DNA of 64,000 nucleotides from a virus, in the IMG/VR virus record IMGVR_UViG_3300045988_174823, one strand, 5' to 3'. The position numbers and the translations under genes were made by a program. Within the stretch, counting starts at the first letter, position 1, and each line of letters begins with the position of its first letter. The notes below the pieces were generated by a model. The model did no database searches. It was not told the origin of the DNA and worked only from the letters and a program-made list of their open reading frames with translations. Shown piece after piece: positions 27,071 through 34,298 of this stretch.

Positions 27071-27106
27071 AACACCCAGCAGGGGTCTCGATTCCCTCTG
27101 GGTGTT
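27071..27106 (-). other. strong hairpin in the gap upstream of terL
   Basis: AACACCCAG-C-AGGG, loop GTCTCGATT, CCCT-CTGGGTGTT: 13 bp with a 1-nt bulge. No U-tract follows on the sense strand. Confidence 0.5.
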
Positions 27107-27125
27107 ACCGGGCCTACAACAAAAC

Positions 27126-27602
27126 TCACTTCTTCAAATTTAACACCTTGGCGATGTAACGTTCCATTCCCAGGGTCTCGCGCTGATACACCTCTTCAGG
27201 GTATTCTTTCAAGAGTACGGAGTTGTAACTCTCAATAGCTGCCTCAAGCAACGTAGTCAGCTGTATAATCTTGGCCTTATGAACCGCTGCACGGTCGTCG
27301 GCGTTAAAAGTGAAGCAGAATTTTGTTTTGTTGGCGTCCATTATATCGACGTAACCGAACGTCTGAAGTGTTTCCAAAAGATCCAACGCCTTACGGTGTG
27401 ACAGCGTCGTCTTCTTTACAACCTCTGTACGGGTGAAAGTGCGTTGAGATCTCATCTCTTGCTCCAAAGCGTCTTTGCACAAAATACGAAGCAATTCGAG
27501 TGCTTTGGAAAAGGCCAATTGGCGGTTTTCGTCCTTTTCGGTGTACTGTTTTGCCGCTTCTACCTCCTCGGGTGTTTGAGCGACACGTGTGTTATCTGCC
27601 AT
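27126..27602 (-). CDS. hypothetical protein (small terminase candidate by position only)
   Basis: 158-aa ORF directly upstream of terL. No diagnostic motif. Confidence 0.3.
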   Translation of the reverse strand: MADNTRVAQTPEEVEAAKQYTEKDENRQLAFSKALELLRILCKDALEQEMRSQRTFTRTEVVKKTTLSHRKALDLLETLQTFGYVDIMDANKTKFCFTFNADDRAAVHKAKIIQLTTLLEAAIESYNSVLLKEYPEEVYQRETLGMERYIAKVLNLKK

Positions 27603-28028
27603 TTTGTTTTACAGTTTCTCGTTTTATAGTTGGAAACAACTCGCCGCGGAAACGCACCATAGTCTGTGCCAAATACGCGTACACGTCTTCAGGTCGGGCG
27701 TAGAGATCGTGCAGCGGCAACCTCGCCATGTATTTCAGTTCGTCGTCCTCCGACAGGCGATACACCACGTGAAACGCATACCGCCCGTCTTCAGGGTCGC
27801 GCATAACACCAACGACCTTGACCTCGATGATTTCGATAACCCCTTCGTTGGCCGACAGTATATAGCGCGAATCGCCAACGTTAGGCAGCAGATTGCCCTT
27901 GAGGCGCGTGGCCTTTCCGTTCTGGTTGACGTCCCGCGGGGGGTTACGCGTTTTTGCTTTCCGGCGCCGCTCTTCAGGCGGTTGTAGGCTTGATTGGCGT
28001 CGAATACCTTTTCAGCCAACGAGTCCAA
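27592..28028 (-). CDS. hypothetical protein encoded in two frames joined at a C6 run (frameshift, homopolymer error or decayed gene)
   Basis: Frame A (28028 down, TTG start) and frame B (ends 27592) both look protein-like. Frame B has no start codon upstream of 27804. Adding one C to the C6 run (plus-strand G6 at 27938-27943) fuses ...KQKRVTPPRDVNQNGK.... Confidence 0.35.
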
Positions 28029-28073
28029 ATCAGGCGTAATTTGACCGACAGGCTGGTAGCGGTAACGAATCGC

Positions 28074-28280
28074 CTACTTATCGCCCAAACGTTCTACCAG
28101 CCCGTTGGCGGTCAGTACCTCGAAAAGCGGCGGCGTGATTTTGGGACTCAGGCCGTTCTTAGCCAGTATAGCGCCAAACGACGCTCCGGGTTCCAATACA
28201 CTCACCCACTTATTCGCGGAACGCTCCAAGACTTCGGTGATTGACGCCTTAACGCGTTGAATAAATTGTTGCTTGTTCAT
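28074..28280 (-). CDS. hypothetical protein
   Basis: 68-aa ORF ending in TAG. The downstream frame-A ORF is in the same frame. Confidence 0.5.
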   Translation of the reverse strand: MNKQQFIQRVKASITEVLERSANKWVSVLEPGASFGAILAKNGLSPKITPPLFEVLTANGLVERLGDK

Positions 28281-28330
28281 TTTCGTTGTACAGTTTTTGT
28301 TGTTAGACGCACTGTATAACGTTGGCTATT

Positions 28331-28999
28331 TTATTTGGCGCACTTGAACTCGAAGAACTCGTTCCCGCGACGGCGAGATCTTTTCTCGGTGGCGGATGAC
28401 ATATCACCTGTAGCGCGTAACCGTCGTACACAGTAGCGAAAATACTCGGCCGTGGCTTCCACGTCGTTCATCGCGCCGTGGGCATCGGTAAGTACAATTC
28501 CTGCACGATCACACGTAGCGCCAAGAGTCATTTTCTCATCACCCGTCAGCCCGTACATCATCTTGGAAAGATACATCGTATCCAGCGTCTGATCCTGGAT
28601 GTAGTTGAACAGGCTCTGCTTTTTACCGTGTACGGAATAGTAGAACGCTGCTTCCAACATCCCTACATCGAACATCACGTTGTGACCCACGGCTACCAAC
28701 CGCCGTTGGTCCTTACCCTTGACGTCAGCAAAATTCTGGACACAAAACCGCATAAACGCGTCAATAAACGCATTCAGTTCCATACCGCGGTTCACCTCCG
28801 CCATATTTACCATCGTCTTTGCGATGGATTCCTTCGTTATTTGGAGATCGTTGTAGGGCTTCACGTAAGTCTCCCAGCGATCTATCTCTTTCAGGGTGTT
28901 AAAGTCTAACACAACGGCTGCAAATGACGTTATGGGATTTTTTGCGGGATCTAAGCCTCCCGTTTCGGTATCCATTACAAGGTACGGCGAACGTTTCAT
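28331..28999 (-). CDS. DEDDh 3'-5' exonuclease (DnaQ/epsilon-like)
   Basis: Motifs LVMDTETGGLD (Exo I), AVGHNVMFDVGML (Exo II) and AHGAMNDVEATAE (Exo III). Confidence 0.85.
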   Translation of the reverse strand: MKRSPYLVMDTETGGLDPAKNPITSFAAVVLDFNTLKEIDRWETYVKPYNDLQITKESIAKTMVNMAEVNRGMELNAFIDAFMRFCVQNFADVKGKDQRRLVAVGHNVMFDVGMLEAAFYYSVHGKKQSLFNYIQDQTLDTMYLSKMMYGLTGDEKMTLGATCDRAGIVLTDAHGAMNDVEATAEYFRYCVRRLRATGDMSSATEKRSRRRGNEFFEFKCAK

Positions 29000-29026
29000 A
29001 TCATTTCATTTTTCGTAAGTAACGCT

Positions 29027-29067
29027 GTAAAAAAACCGCCTCGCTGTATCACTACTGTGGGGCGGTT
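29027..29067 (-). terminator. Rho-independent terminator candidate downstream of the tRNA region
   Basis: Sense strand AACCGCC-(20-nt loop)-GGCGGTT followed by T7-8. Confidence 0.5.
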
Positions 29068-29288
29068 GGGGATGGATTAAACCTTTGATTGATGGAAGTA
29101 TGTTAAATACTTTATGGTCGGGGCGATATTTCACGCCCCGTGTTCGTCGGTTGTCGTTCCTATTGGTGCTCCCCTGTGCCGGCCGGGCGAACTGCCACAA
29201 CGATGACGAACGAAATTTCTTAAAAAGCCCCTCACCCATGGACTTTCGGGCCGCGTCTGCCGCACGCGGTTTTAATTGGGGCTTCTTG

Positions 29289-29359
29289 TTGACCCGGAAG
29301 GATTCGAACCTCCAACACCGGAACCAAAATCCGATGTGTTACCATTACACCACAGGTCA
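29289..29359 (-). tRNA. tRNA-Gln: tRNA-Gln (anticodon UUG)
   Basis: Hand-folded cloverleaf. Acceptor TGACCTG/CGGGTCA (U1-A72 as in bacterial tRNA-Gln), D arm GTGT-AATGGTA-ACAC, anticodon arm TCGGA-TTTTGGT-TCCGG, T arm GGAGG-TTCGAAT-CCTTC, discriminator A. No encoded CCA. Confidence 0.85.
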
Positions 29360-29742
29360 GTTAAGGGGCGCGACGCATCGCTTATACTCTTCCCCCCTTG
29401 TAGAGTCTGTCTCCTCCGCTCCGGCGCTCGCTATGGAGGAAGTCTGCGTTGCTGCCTTGGAGACAATTTTGTTACTGGTGTCAGGACTTATACGTTCCGA
29501 GACCTGACTTAACCCCACCAGCCTTGAGGTATTGGTGCCAGCCGACTGGGCGTCGGGACGGACACTGTGTAGAGTAATTCGTGGCCACTCTTTGACTCAA
29601 CAGCACCCTTTTCTGGCCAAAAGTAGAGGAAATACCGCGGTTGGAAAAGAAACTACACTCGTTGAAAACCTAACTCTTCATTGCTTGGCGTTAAGCGGCG
29701 TTTCCTCGTTTCAGATACTATAACGTTGAAGCGAAAGTAACT
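29360..29742 (-). ncRNA. candidate structured non-coding RNA upstream of (co-transcribed with?) tRNA-Gln
   Basis: About 380 nt with no credible ORF, lying between a terminator and the tRNA. Composite helix CTGGT-GTCAGG...CCTGAC-(8-nt bulge)-ACCAG (29474-29520), GTCTCC/GGAGAC (29409-14/29459-64), and TGGCCA/TGGCCA (29582-87/29613-18). Family not recognised. Confidence 0.25.
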
Positions 29743-29776
29743 AAAAATCCGCCAGGGGCAACCACATCCCTGGCGG
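29743..29776 (-). terminator. Rho-independent terminator after the HU gene
   Basis: Perfect 9-bp stem CCGCCAGGG/CCCTGGCGG with a 10-nt loop, followed on the sense strand by ATTTTT. Confidence 0.7.
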
Positions 29777-29810
29777 ACGTACGAAAGCGAACTGTGCTAC
29801 CAGTTACGGG

Positions 29811-30098
29811 CTATTTCTTAGCCTTTTTGCCGTAGGCGCGGAAACTGTACGCCGGACGGAACTGGATAGTCTTGTAGGGGTCAGTGGGGGCCGTAACACC
29901 CGTCTGCGGGTTACGTGCCATACGCGACGGTTGGTCCTTGGGGACGAACTTTCCCACCTTACCGATAGGGATGATTTCGTCCTTGTCGCGAACCTCCTCG
30001 GTGAGAATCTCTTCCAAAGCACGGACGAAAGCAATCGCCTGGGCCTTGGTAGTGCCGGCCTTGGCGGCCAAAGCACCGTAAAAATCTTGCACTTTCAT
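29811..30098 (-). CDS. hup: HU/IHF-family DNA-binding protein
   Basis: MKVQDFYGALAAKAGTTKAQAIAFVRALEEILTEEV...IPIGKVGKFVPKDQPSRMARNPQTGV...FRPA. The ATG at 30098 is chosen (track ORF extends to 30233) because it does not overlap the upstream gene. Confidence 0.8.
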   Translation of the reverse strand: MKVQDFYGALAAKAGTTKAQAIAFVRALEEILTEEVRDKDEIIPIGKVGKFVPKDQPSRMARNPQTGVTAPTDPYKTIQFRPAYSFRAYGKKAKK

Positions 30099-30136
30099 TG
30101 TACGATAATTTTGATTGTTGATAAATATGGGGTTTG

Positions 30137-30616
30137 TTAAACCTTTGTCGAAGCGATGGTAATTCCTAATTCTACCAGCTGTGAACGTAACGAATTCCAA
30201 GCAGCGTCGCGGGCTTCGGGGTTTATCCACCATTCGGAGAAATTATCACCTTCCGCAGCCATAGTGTCGTGGTTAAGGACGATGCCGTATTCGAAGCGTT
30301 GTTGTGAGTCGTTATATCGATCTACGCGGACTATCGACCGGATGGCGTACCACGGGACCACGACATCGCCCAACTCAATAAACACGCCATTCAAGCGTTT
30401 TTTATTCGTCGCTTCGTCAGCGTGACCCAGGAAGTCGGTTAACGACATATCGTAATCTGGACCATCGTCGGCGTTGCGTTCGGCGTCATACGGCCGTGCC
30501 TTTACCGTCGCGGGCTTATCACCAAATAGCGGCAGGCCATTGGCGCCGCGAGGTATCTTATGAGCCTTTTCAGGCGGCTGTTTTTCGTCAATTTTCGACG
30601 TGCGGACCTTTACCAT
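30137..30616 (-). CDS. hypothetical protein
   Basis: 159-aa ORF with an ATG start. Confidence 0.5.
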   Translation of the reverse strand: MVKVRTSKIDEKQPPEKAHKIPRGANGLPLFGDKPATVKARPYDAERNADDGPDYDMSLTDFLGHADEATNKKRLNGVFIELGDVVVPWYAIRSIVRVDRYNDSQQRFEYGIVLNHDTMAAEGDNFSEWWINPEARDAAWNSLRSQLVELGITIASTKV

Positions 30617-31526
30617 CTTGTTTCATCATTCTGACGTATCCGGCCTTCACCAACTTACGCATGGCGTTACGGGGGTTGAGGGCCTGTAAGTAAACGCAAT
30701 CGGGGTTGTATTGAACCTTAACAGCACGACGCGCAGTCGGTTTCCCGGTGGCGACATCTAACTCCAGTGTTGTTGTGGTGTCAATCTCCCTACATTCTCC
30801 GGTCTTATAGTTGAACTCGAATGATCTCATTCCCGGAAGCAGCGTGGATGAACCCAAATAGCGTTGTTCCTGCTTTTGGCGTTCTAACTGCTCGGTACGT
30901 GTAGGTTCGGCATCCTGCTGATCGAAACGTCCGGTGTGGAAGAATTCACTCATCTTGAAAATGTTTAATCCTCGTTCTATGCCTGCCAACATTTCGCTGG
31001 TAAAGGCGTGAATAATATCAAGTCGGGTGTTACAGCGCCAATACGGAACCGCTCCTCCTACGTCAGGCCCGGTGAGGCGATACTGCATAAGCGAAAATTC
31101 CAACGCGTAATCAGCCTCCGGGGAGTTGTAATTACCCGGCAGCCGTACTTGAACCTGAAGCAGGTGGGCATATTGGCCACAGAATATCTCATCACGACGC
31201 TGAGCGGGTTCCAAACGAATACGATAGGCGTCCATCGTAAGTTGGAATTCGCGAATGTAGGTAAAATTGACGAGATTCACCGTTTTCGTCAAAACGTGAT
31301 GCGTGTTGTCTTCCCAATTGGCGTGAATTACTTCGGCGTGATTTGGCAGGTGGAGTATTACCGCAGCCCAAATTTCTTGAGGGATGATGGACGATTTGCG
31401 TTCAGGACGCTGGCGAAATGCCTCAGGCCATGTAGCTTCGAATTCGTCCGCGACCGCCTCTTGCACCAAGGCGGTGATTTCTTCGGCGTAGAGCCAATTG
31501 ATTATCCAACGAATCAGGCGTTTCAT
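30588..31526 (-). CDS. hypothetical protein
   Basis: 312-aa ORF with an ATG start. Confidence 0.55.
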   Translation of the reverse strand: MKRLIRWIINWLYAEEITALVQEAVADEFEATWPEAFRQRPERKSSIIPQEIWAAVILHLPNHAEVIHANWEDNTHHVLTKTVNLVNFTYIREFQLTMDAYRIRLEPAQRRDEIFCGQYAHLLQVQVRLPGNYNSPEADYALEFSLMQYRLTGPDVGGAVPYWRCNTRLDIIHAFTSEMLAGIERGLNIFKMSEFFHTGRFDQQDAEPTRTEQLERQKQEQRYLGSSTLLPGMRSFEFNYKTGECREIDTTTTLELDVATGKPTARRAVKVQYNPDCVYLQALNPRNAMRKLVKAGYVRMMKQDGKGPHVEN

Positions 31527-31539
31527 CGTGTTAAGGATT

Positions 31540-31803
31540 TTACCACTGGACCATCATCCGGAAATAGGCGAAATATTTCCTTGTGCGGTTCAGGCCCACA
31601 GTTTCGGTTTTGTAAACTTCATCTATCGTTACTTCGTAACCTTGTTTCTTCAAACGCTGAGCAACGTATTTCAACCTGTTGCCGTTGGCGTCTTCGTTGA
31701 AGAATTCGCGTTTCCCCCTGGCGATAGCGCGTTGGATTCCAAACTCTACGTCAGCCAATGCCAATTCGTAAATCCAATTCCCCAGCCAAAAGATCTTCGG
31801 CAA
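31540..31803 (-). CDS. hypothetical protein (start uncertain, TTG in track)
   Basis: 87-aa ORF overlapping the upstream ORF by 53 nt. Confidence 0.35.
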   Translation of the reverse strand: MPKIFWLGNWIYELALADVEFGIQRAIARGKREFFNEDANGNRLKYVAQRLKKQGYEVTIDEVYKTETVGLNRTRKYFAYFRMMVQW

Positions 31804-31954
31804 TTTCGTAATTCAGGTGGCGCTGGGCCAAGGTGGTAAGTTTACGAGCCTGGGCGGCGGTGAGTATGGGACGGAATTGCTTGTTATCGAGTTGTACGCT
31901 GGGTGTTTGCTGTTGGCGTTCCATTTCGTGATTTTTGAGGTTTTCAACACTCAT
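31751..31954 (-). CDS. hypothetical protein, first gene after the non-coding hub
   Basis: 67-aa ORF with its ATG at 31954. Confidence 0.45.
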   Translation of the reverse strand: MSVENLKNHEMERQQQTPSVQLDNKQFRPILTAAQARKLTTLAQRHLNYEIAEDLLAGELDLRIGIG

Positions 31955-31977
31955 AACGTTGGCGATGTCTTACGCTG

Positions 31978-32074
31978 GTGTGTACGCGTGTGTACGCTGG
32001 CGTGTGGGGTGCTTGGCGGCTTGCTTCTCTCGCGCGCGCGTATGTCCACACGTGTACGCGCTTGCACGCGCGTG
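31978..32074. repeat. cluster of alternating purine-pyrimidine tracts and GTGTACGC repeats
   Basis: Uninterrupted alternating Pu/Py runs at 31978-31997 (20 nt), 32031-32045 (15 nt, including (CG)5), 32047-32061 (15 nt) and 32063-32074 (12 nt). GTGTACGC(G/T) occurs three times. Confidence 0.8.
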
Positions 32075-32084
32075 AGGCCCCAAA

Positions 32085-32116
32085 GTGTAGAGAGAAGTGT
32101 TTTTTTCTCTCTACAC
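32085..32116. repeat. perfect 12-bp inverted repeat (hairpin)
   Basis: GTGTAGAGAGAA (32085-32096), 8-nt loop, TTCTCTCTACAC (32105-32116). Confidence 0.85.
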
Positions 32117-32254
32117 CGGGTATTGGGGTAAAGGAGGGGGGGATTATAGGGGGGAAGGATAGGGAAGGTTAGGAAGTAAGGGGGTGTGGGGGGAGAGAAA
32201 CCTGCAGGAAGGGGAAGTAAGGGGGGAAGAAAGGGGAGGAGGAGAAGGGGGAAA
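32117..32254 (+). repeat. polypurine / G-run tract (G-quadruplex or triplex-prone)
   Basis: No C on the plus strand across 32117-32199 or 32207-32254. Eleven runs of G3-G7. Terminal pure-purine block of ~35 nt. Confidence 0.85.
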
Positions 32255-32444
32255 CCGCCAAAAGGGCGAAAATCTCTCTAAAAAACGAGAAAAATCTCAA
32301 CGACAGAAAATCGTCAAAACCAAAAACTGCCAAAGGGTGAAAACCGTCAAGAAAATCTTACAAGAAGAGCGAAACTGCCAAGACAGTCAATCAGGAAATC
32401 GCCAACAGCGAAAACCATCAACAGTCGTACAGCCCTCTTGGCAG
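32251..32444. promoter_or_regulatory. iteron-like array: about 10 imperfect direct repeats GAAA(A)yCGyCAA plus one inverted CTCTTGGCAG
   Basis: Copies start near 32251, 32268, 32289, 32306, 32322, 32339, 32351, 32371, 32395 and 32410, spaced 12-24 nt. An inverted copy lies at 32435-32444. The words CTGCCAAGA and AAATCGCCAACAG recur in promoter-like repeats P1 and P4. Confidence 0.6.
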
Positions 32445-32642
32445 CCAGGCGAAGGATGAAAGACGTCGCTGGAATGTCGTGGTCGGTGCTGGTGAGGCGT
32501 TACAGCCGAGGTGAACGTGTAACATCGTTCAACATGTCGCTGCGAGGTCGTTAAGACGTTAACGCGATTTTAGACCATTTGACGAACTATCTATCCTCAG
32601 GGGACCCCGGTGTACCGGAAAAGCATTTTGCGCAGTCAAACG

Positions 32643-32680
32643 AAAAGAAAAAGGGCCAATACAACAATTTGCATTGACCC
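32643..32680 (-). terminator. Rho-independent terminator after ORF 32706-33704
   Basis: Sense strand GGGTCAAT-(12 nt)-ATTGGCCC (8 bp, one G-U) followed by TTTTTCTTTT. Confidence 0.7.
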
Positions 32681-32705
32681 TCTACAGACGCAAATAGCCT
32701 ACGTG

Positions 32706-33704
32706 TTACGATACAGGCTTTTCGTCGGCTTTCAACACAGCTTCAGCATCAGCGACCTTGTCGTCCAGGTCCGTCACCTGAGGCTCGCTACCATCGGTGG
32801 GGACGTCAATACGCTTCAGCCCTACCTTGGACCCCAGCTCACGACCTAACATCGCAGCCAACGCCGCCATGGGGTTATCCTGGGAAGCGAAAGTGGGTTG
32901 TTCCTCTTCGTCAGGGTCAGGGATACCGTGTTCGCGACGAAAAGCCTCCGACTGAGTACGAAAACGTGCGTGGTACTCTTGTTGAATGCCGTCAGGATTG
33001 GTACGGAGCCAACCCTCATCAGCCAGCGTGGCCAACAGCGGTACGTTGAAAGCGACCAGTTTCTCTACCAGGAACGTACCAACGCCAAACACGTTGACCA
33101 ATAGCACACCGTCGGTGCGGCGATACGTAGCGCCCATCAGGTCCTGATCTACCAACACGAACTGACCGTAGAGTTCGCGCGGATTGGTAGTGGGGACGTG
33201 TTGAGCAATTTTCTCCACACCGATGCCGCAGTGGCCGTAACGTTCGTTGACGATCTCCAGTATCGTACGCTCGATAACGCGCCACTCCTCGTCCAGCACC
33301 GGGCCGTATTTTTCGATAGCCTTGGCGCCAAGGGCGGTGAAGTAAAGCGCATCGTCGTCAGGGCAGAACTCCATCAATCCGGCGTCGGTACATTCGTGCG
33401 ACAAACGCTTGATTTCGCTGACGACCGTGGCGCCATCGCTGATAGGTATCACCGCCCTAAACGCCAGGTTGTTATCCAGGAACGTTCCCAGCCACTGACG
33501 AATTTCGCCGTAACGCGGAGCAGCCTCAGCTACGTCAGTGAAAGGCAGCGGACCCTCATCCACACGGATGATACTCGGGCGGTCGGCAGCAGCGTTGGCC
33601 GCAGCGTACAGGAACAGGACCTGAGTCTTGGTGATACGCGCTTCGTCGTTGATAGGTAACGCCTCCTGGGCGTTGAACACGGTGGTAATTACGTTTGTTT
33701 CCAT
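32706..33704 (-). CDS. hypothetical acidic protein
   Basis: 332-aa ORF with an ATG start, followed by a terminator. Confidence 0.55.
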   Translation of the reverse strand: METNVITTVFNAQEALPINDEARITKTQVLFLYAAANAAADRPSIIRVDEGPLPFTDVAEAAPRYGEIRQWLGTFLDNNLAFRAVIPISDGATVVSEIKRLSHECTDAGLMEFCPDDDALYFTALGAKAIEKYGPVLDEEWRVIERTILEIVNERYGHCGIGVEKIAQHVPTTNPRELYGQFVLVDQDLMGATYRRTDGVLLVNVFGVGTFLVEKLVAFNVPLLATLADEGWLRTNPDGIQQEYHARFRTQSEAFRREHGIPDPDEEEQPTFASQDNPMAALAAMLGRELGSKVGLKRIDVPTDGSEPQVTDLDDKVADAEAVLKADEKPVS

Positions 33705-33743
33705 TTTGTTGTACTATGTTTTGAATGGTTTGTCTAATTTCGG

Positions 33744-33974
33744 TTATTGGGCGGCTTCCTTCTCGAATGCCCGTAGCAGTTCACGGGTGTCGGCTATACG
33801 CTCACACAACCGACGAACTTCTTCTTCGCTGGCGTTGGCCTTAGCGCGGTTAAGTGATTTTACCTGCTCGCGATACAGGGCTACCTGTACGCGGAGAGCC
33901 TCCTTGGAATGGGTTTTAGCGTAGCCACGGGCCGTAGCCATGGCCGTGGCGCGGGTTACTCGGTTAGGTGCCAT
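33744..33974 (-). CDS. hypothetical coiled-coil protein
   Basis: 76-aa ORF with an ATG start. Confidence 0.45.
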   Translation of the reverse strand: MAPNRVTRATAMATARGYAKTHSKEALRVQVALYREQVKSLNRAKANASEEEVRRLCERIADTRELLRAFEKEAAQ

Positions 33975-33992
33975 AATTCGTTGTATTAGGGG

Positions 33993-34295
33993 TTAAACTT
34001 CGATTTCTACTTTCTCGAACATCTGACGATCGGGGTCGAAGTCGCCAAACGTCACCCCTACGCGATACCACGCCTCGGTCGCCTCGCGGTGTGTAATGTT
34101 ATTGACCGCTATGGCGTTTCGCCGTTCGTCATGGATTATTACGTGGGCGAAGATGTTAGGATCGGGCAGCAGCTCACGTGCCATTATCAGCCGTCGCTCT
34201 TCGACTATACAGCGTTCGTTGTCGCCCATATCGCGTAGGTCGCTGTTGGCGTCGGTATTGACGATGTAAAGATTTACGCGGGTTTCAGGTTTCAT
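33993..34295 (-). CDS. hypothetical protein
   Basis: 100-aa ORF. Codon-by-codon check of the frame is consistent. Confidence 0.5.
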   Translation of the reverse strand: MKPETRVNLYIVNTDANSDLRDMGDNERCIVEERRLIMARELLPDPNIFAHVIIHDERRNAIAVNNITHREATEAWYRVGVTFGDFDPDRQMFEKVEIEV

Positions 34296-34298
34296 GGC

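Noticed and set aside
29289-29359. Idea that the tRNA is a suppressor enabling stop-codon recoding, prompted by the in-frame TAA (in place of CAA/Gln) in the GIY-YIG gene and the TAG-separated in-frame ORFs at 28074
   Set aside because: The anticodon loop reads UU-UUG-GU, so this is an ordinary tRNA-Gln(UUG), not UUA or CUA. TAA, TAG and TGA each terminate genes that are immediately followed by the next gene's ATG (for example TAG at 3018, 9750 and 29811).
29289-29359. tRNA gene as an integration (att) site indicating a temperate element
   Set aside because: No integrase, excisionase or repressor-like gene is recognisable in the window, and there is no duplicated tRNA 3' segment nearby.
29006-29723. 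ORFs 29006-29239 (-), 29085-29507 (+), 29276-29512 (+) and 29532-29723 (+) in the tRNA island
   Set aside because: They overlap the tRNA, terminator hairpins and each other. Their translations are Arg/Gly/Pro-rich and motif-free. The region is bracketed by terminators and looks like RNA-coding or regulatory sequence.
32251-32444. CRISPR-like appearance of regularly recurring short repeats
   Set aside because: The repeats are only ~12 nt, imperfect and irregularly spaced (12-24 nt), with no unique spacers of CRISPR size. No cas genes are in the window. The array is iteron- or operator-like instead.
32184-32459. 91-aa plus-strand ORF across the polypurine and iteron region
   Set aside because: The translation (GERNLQEGEVRGEERGGGEGGNRQKGEN...) is just the reading of G/A repeats. 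The region is better explained as non-coding regulatory DNA.
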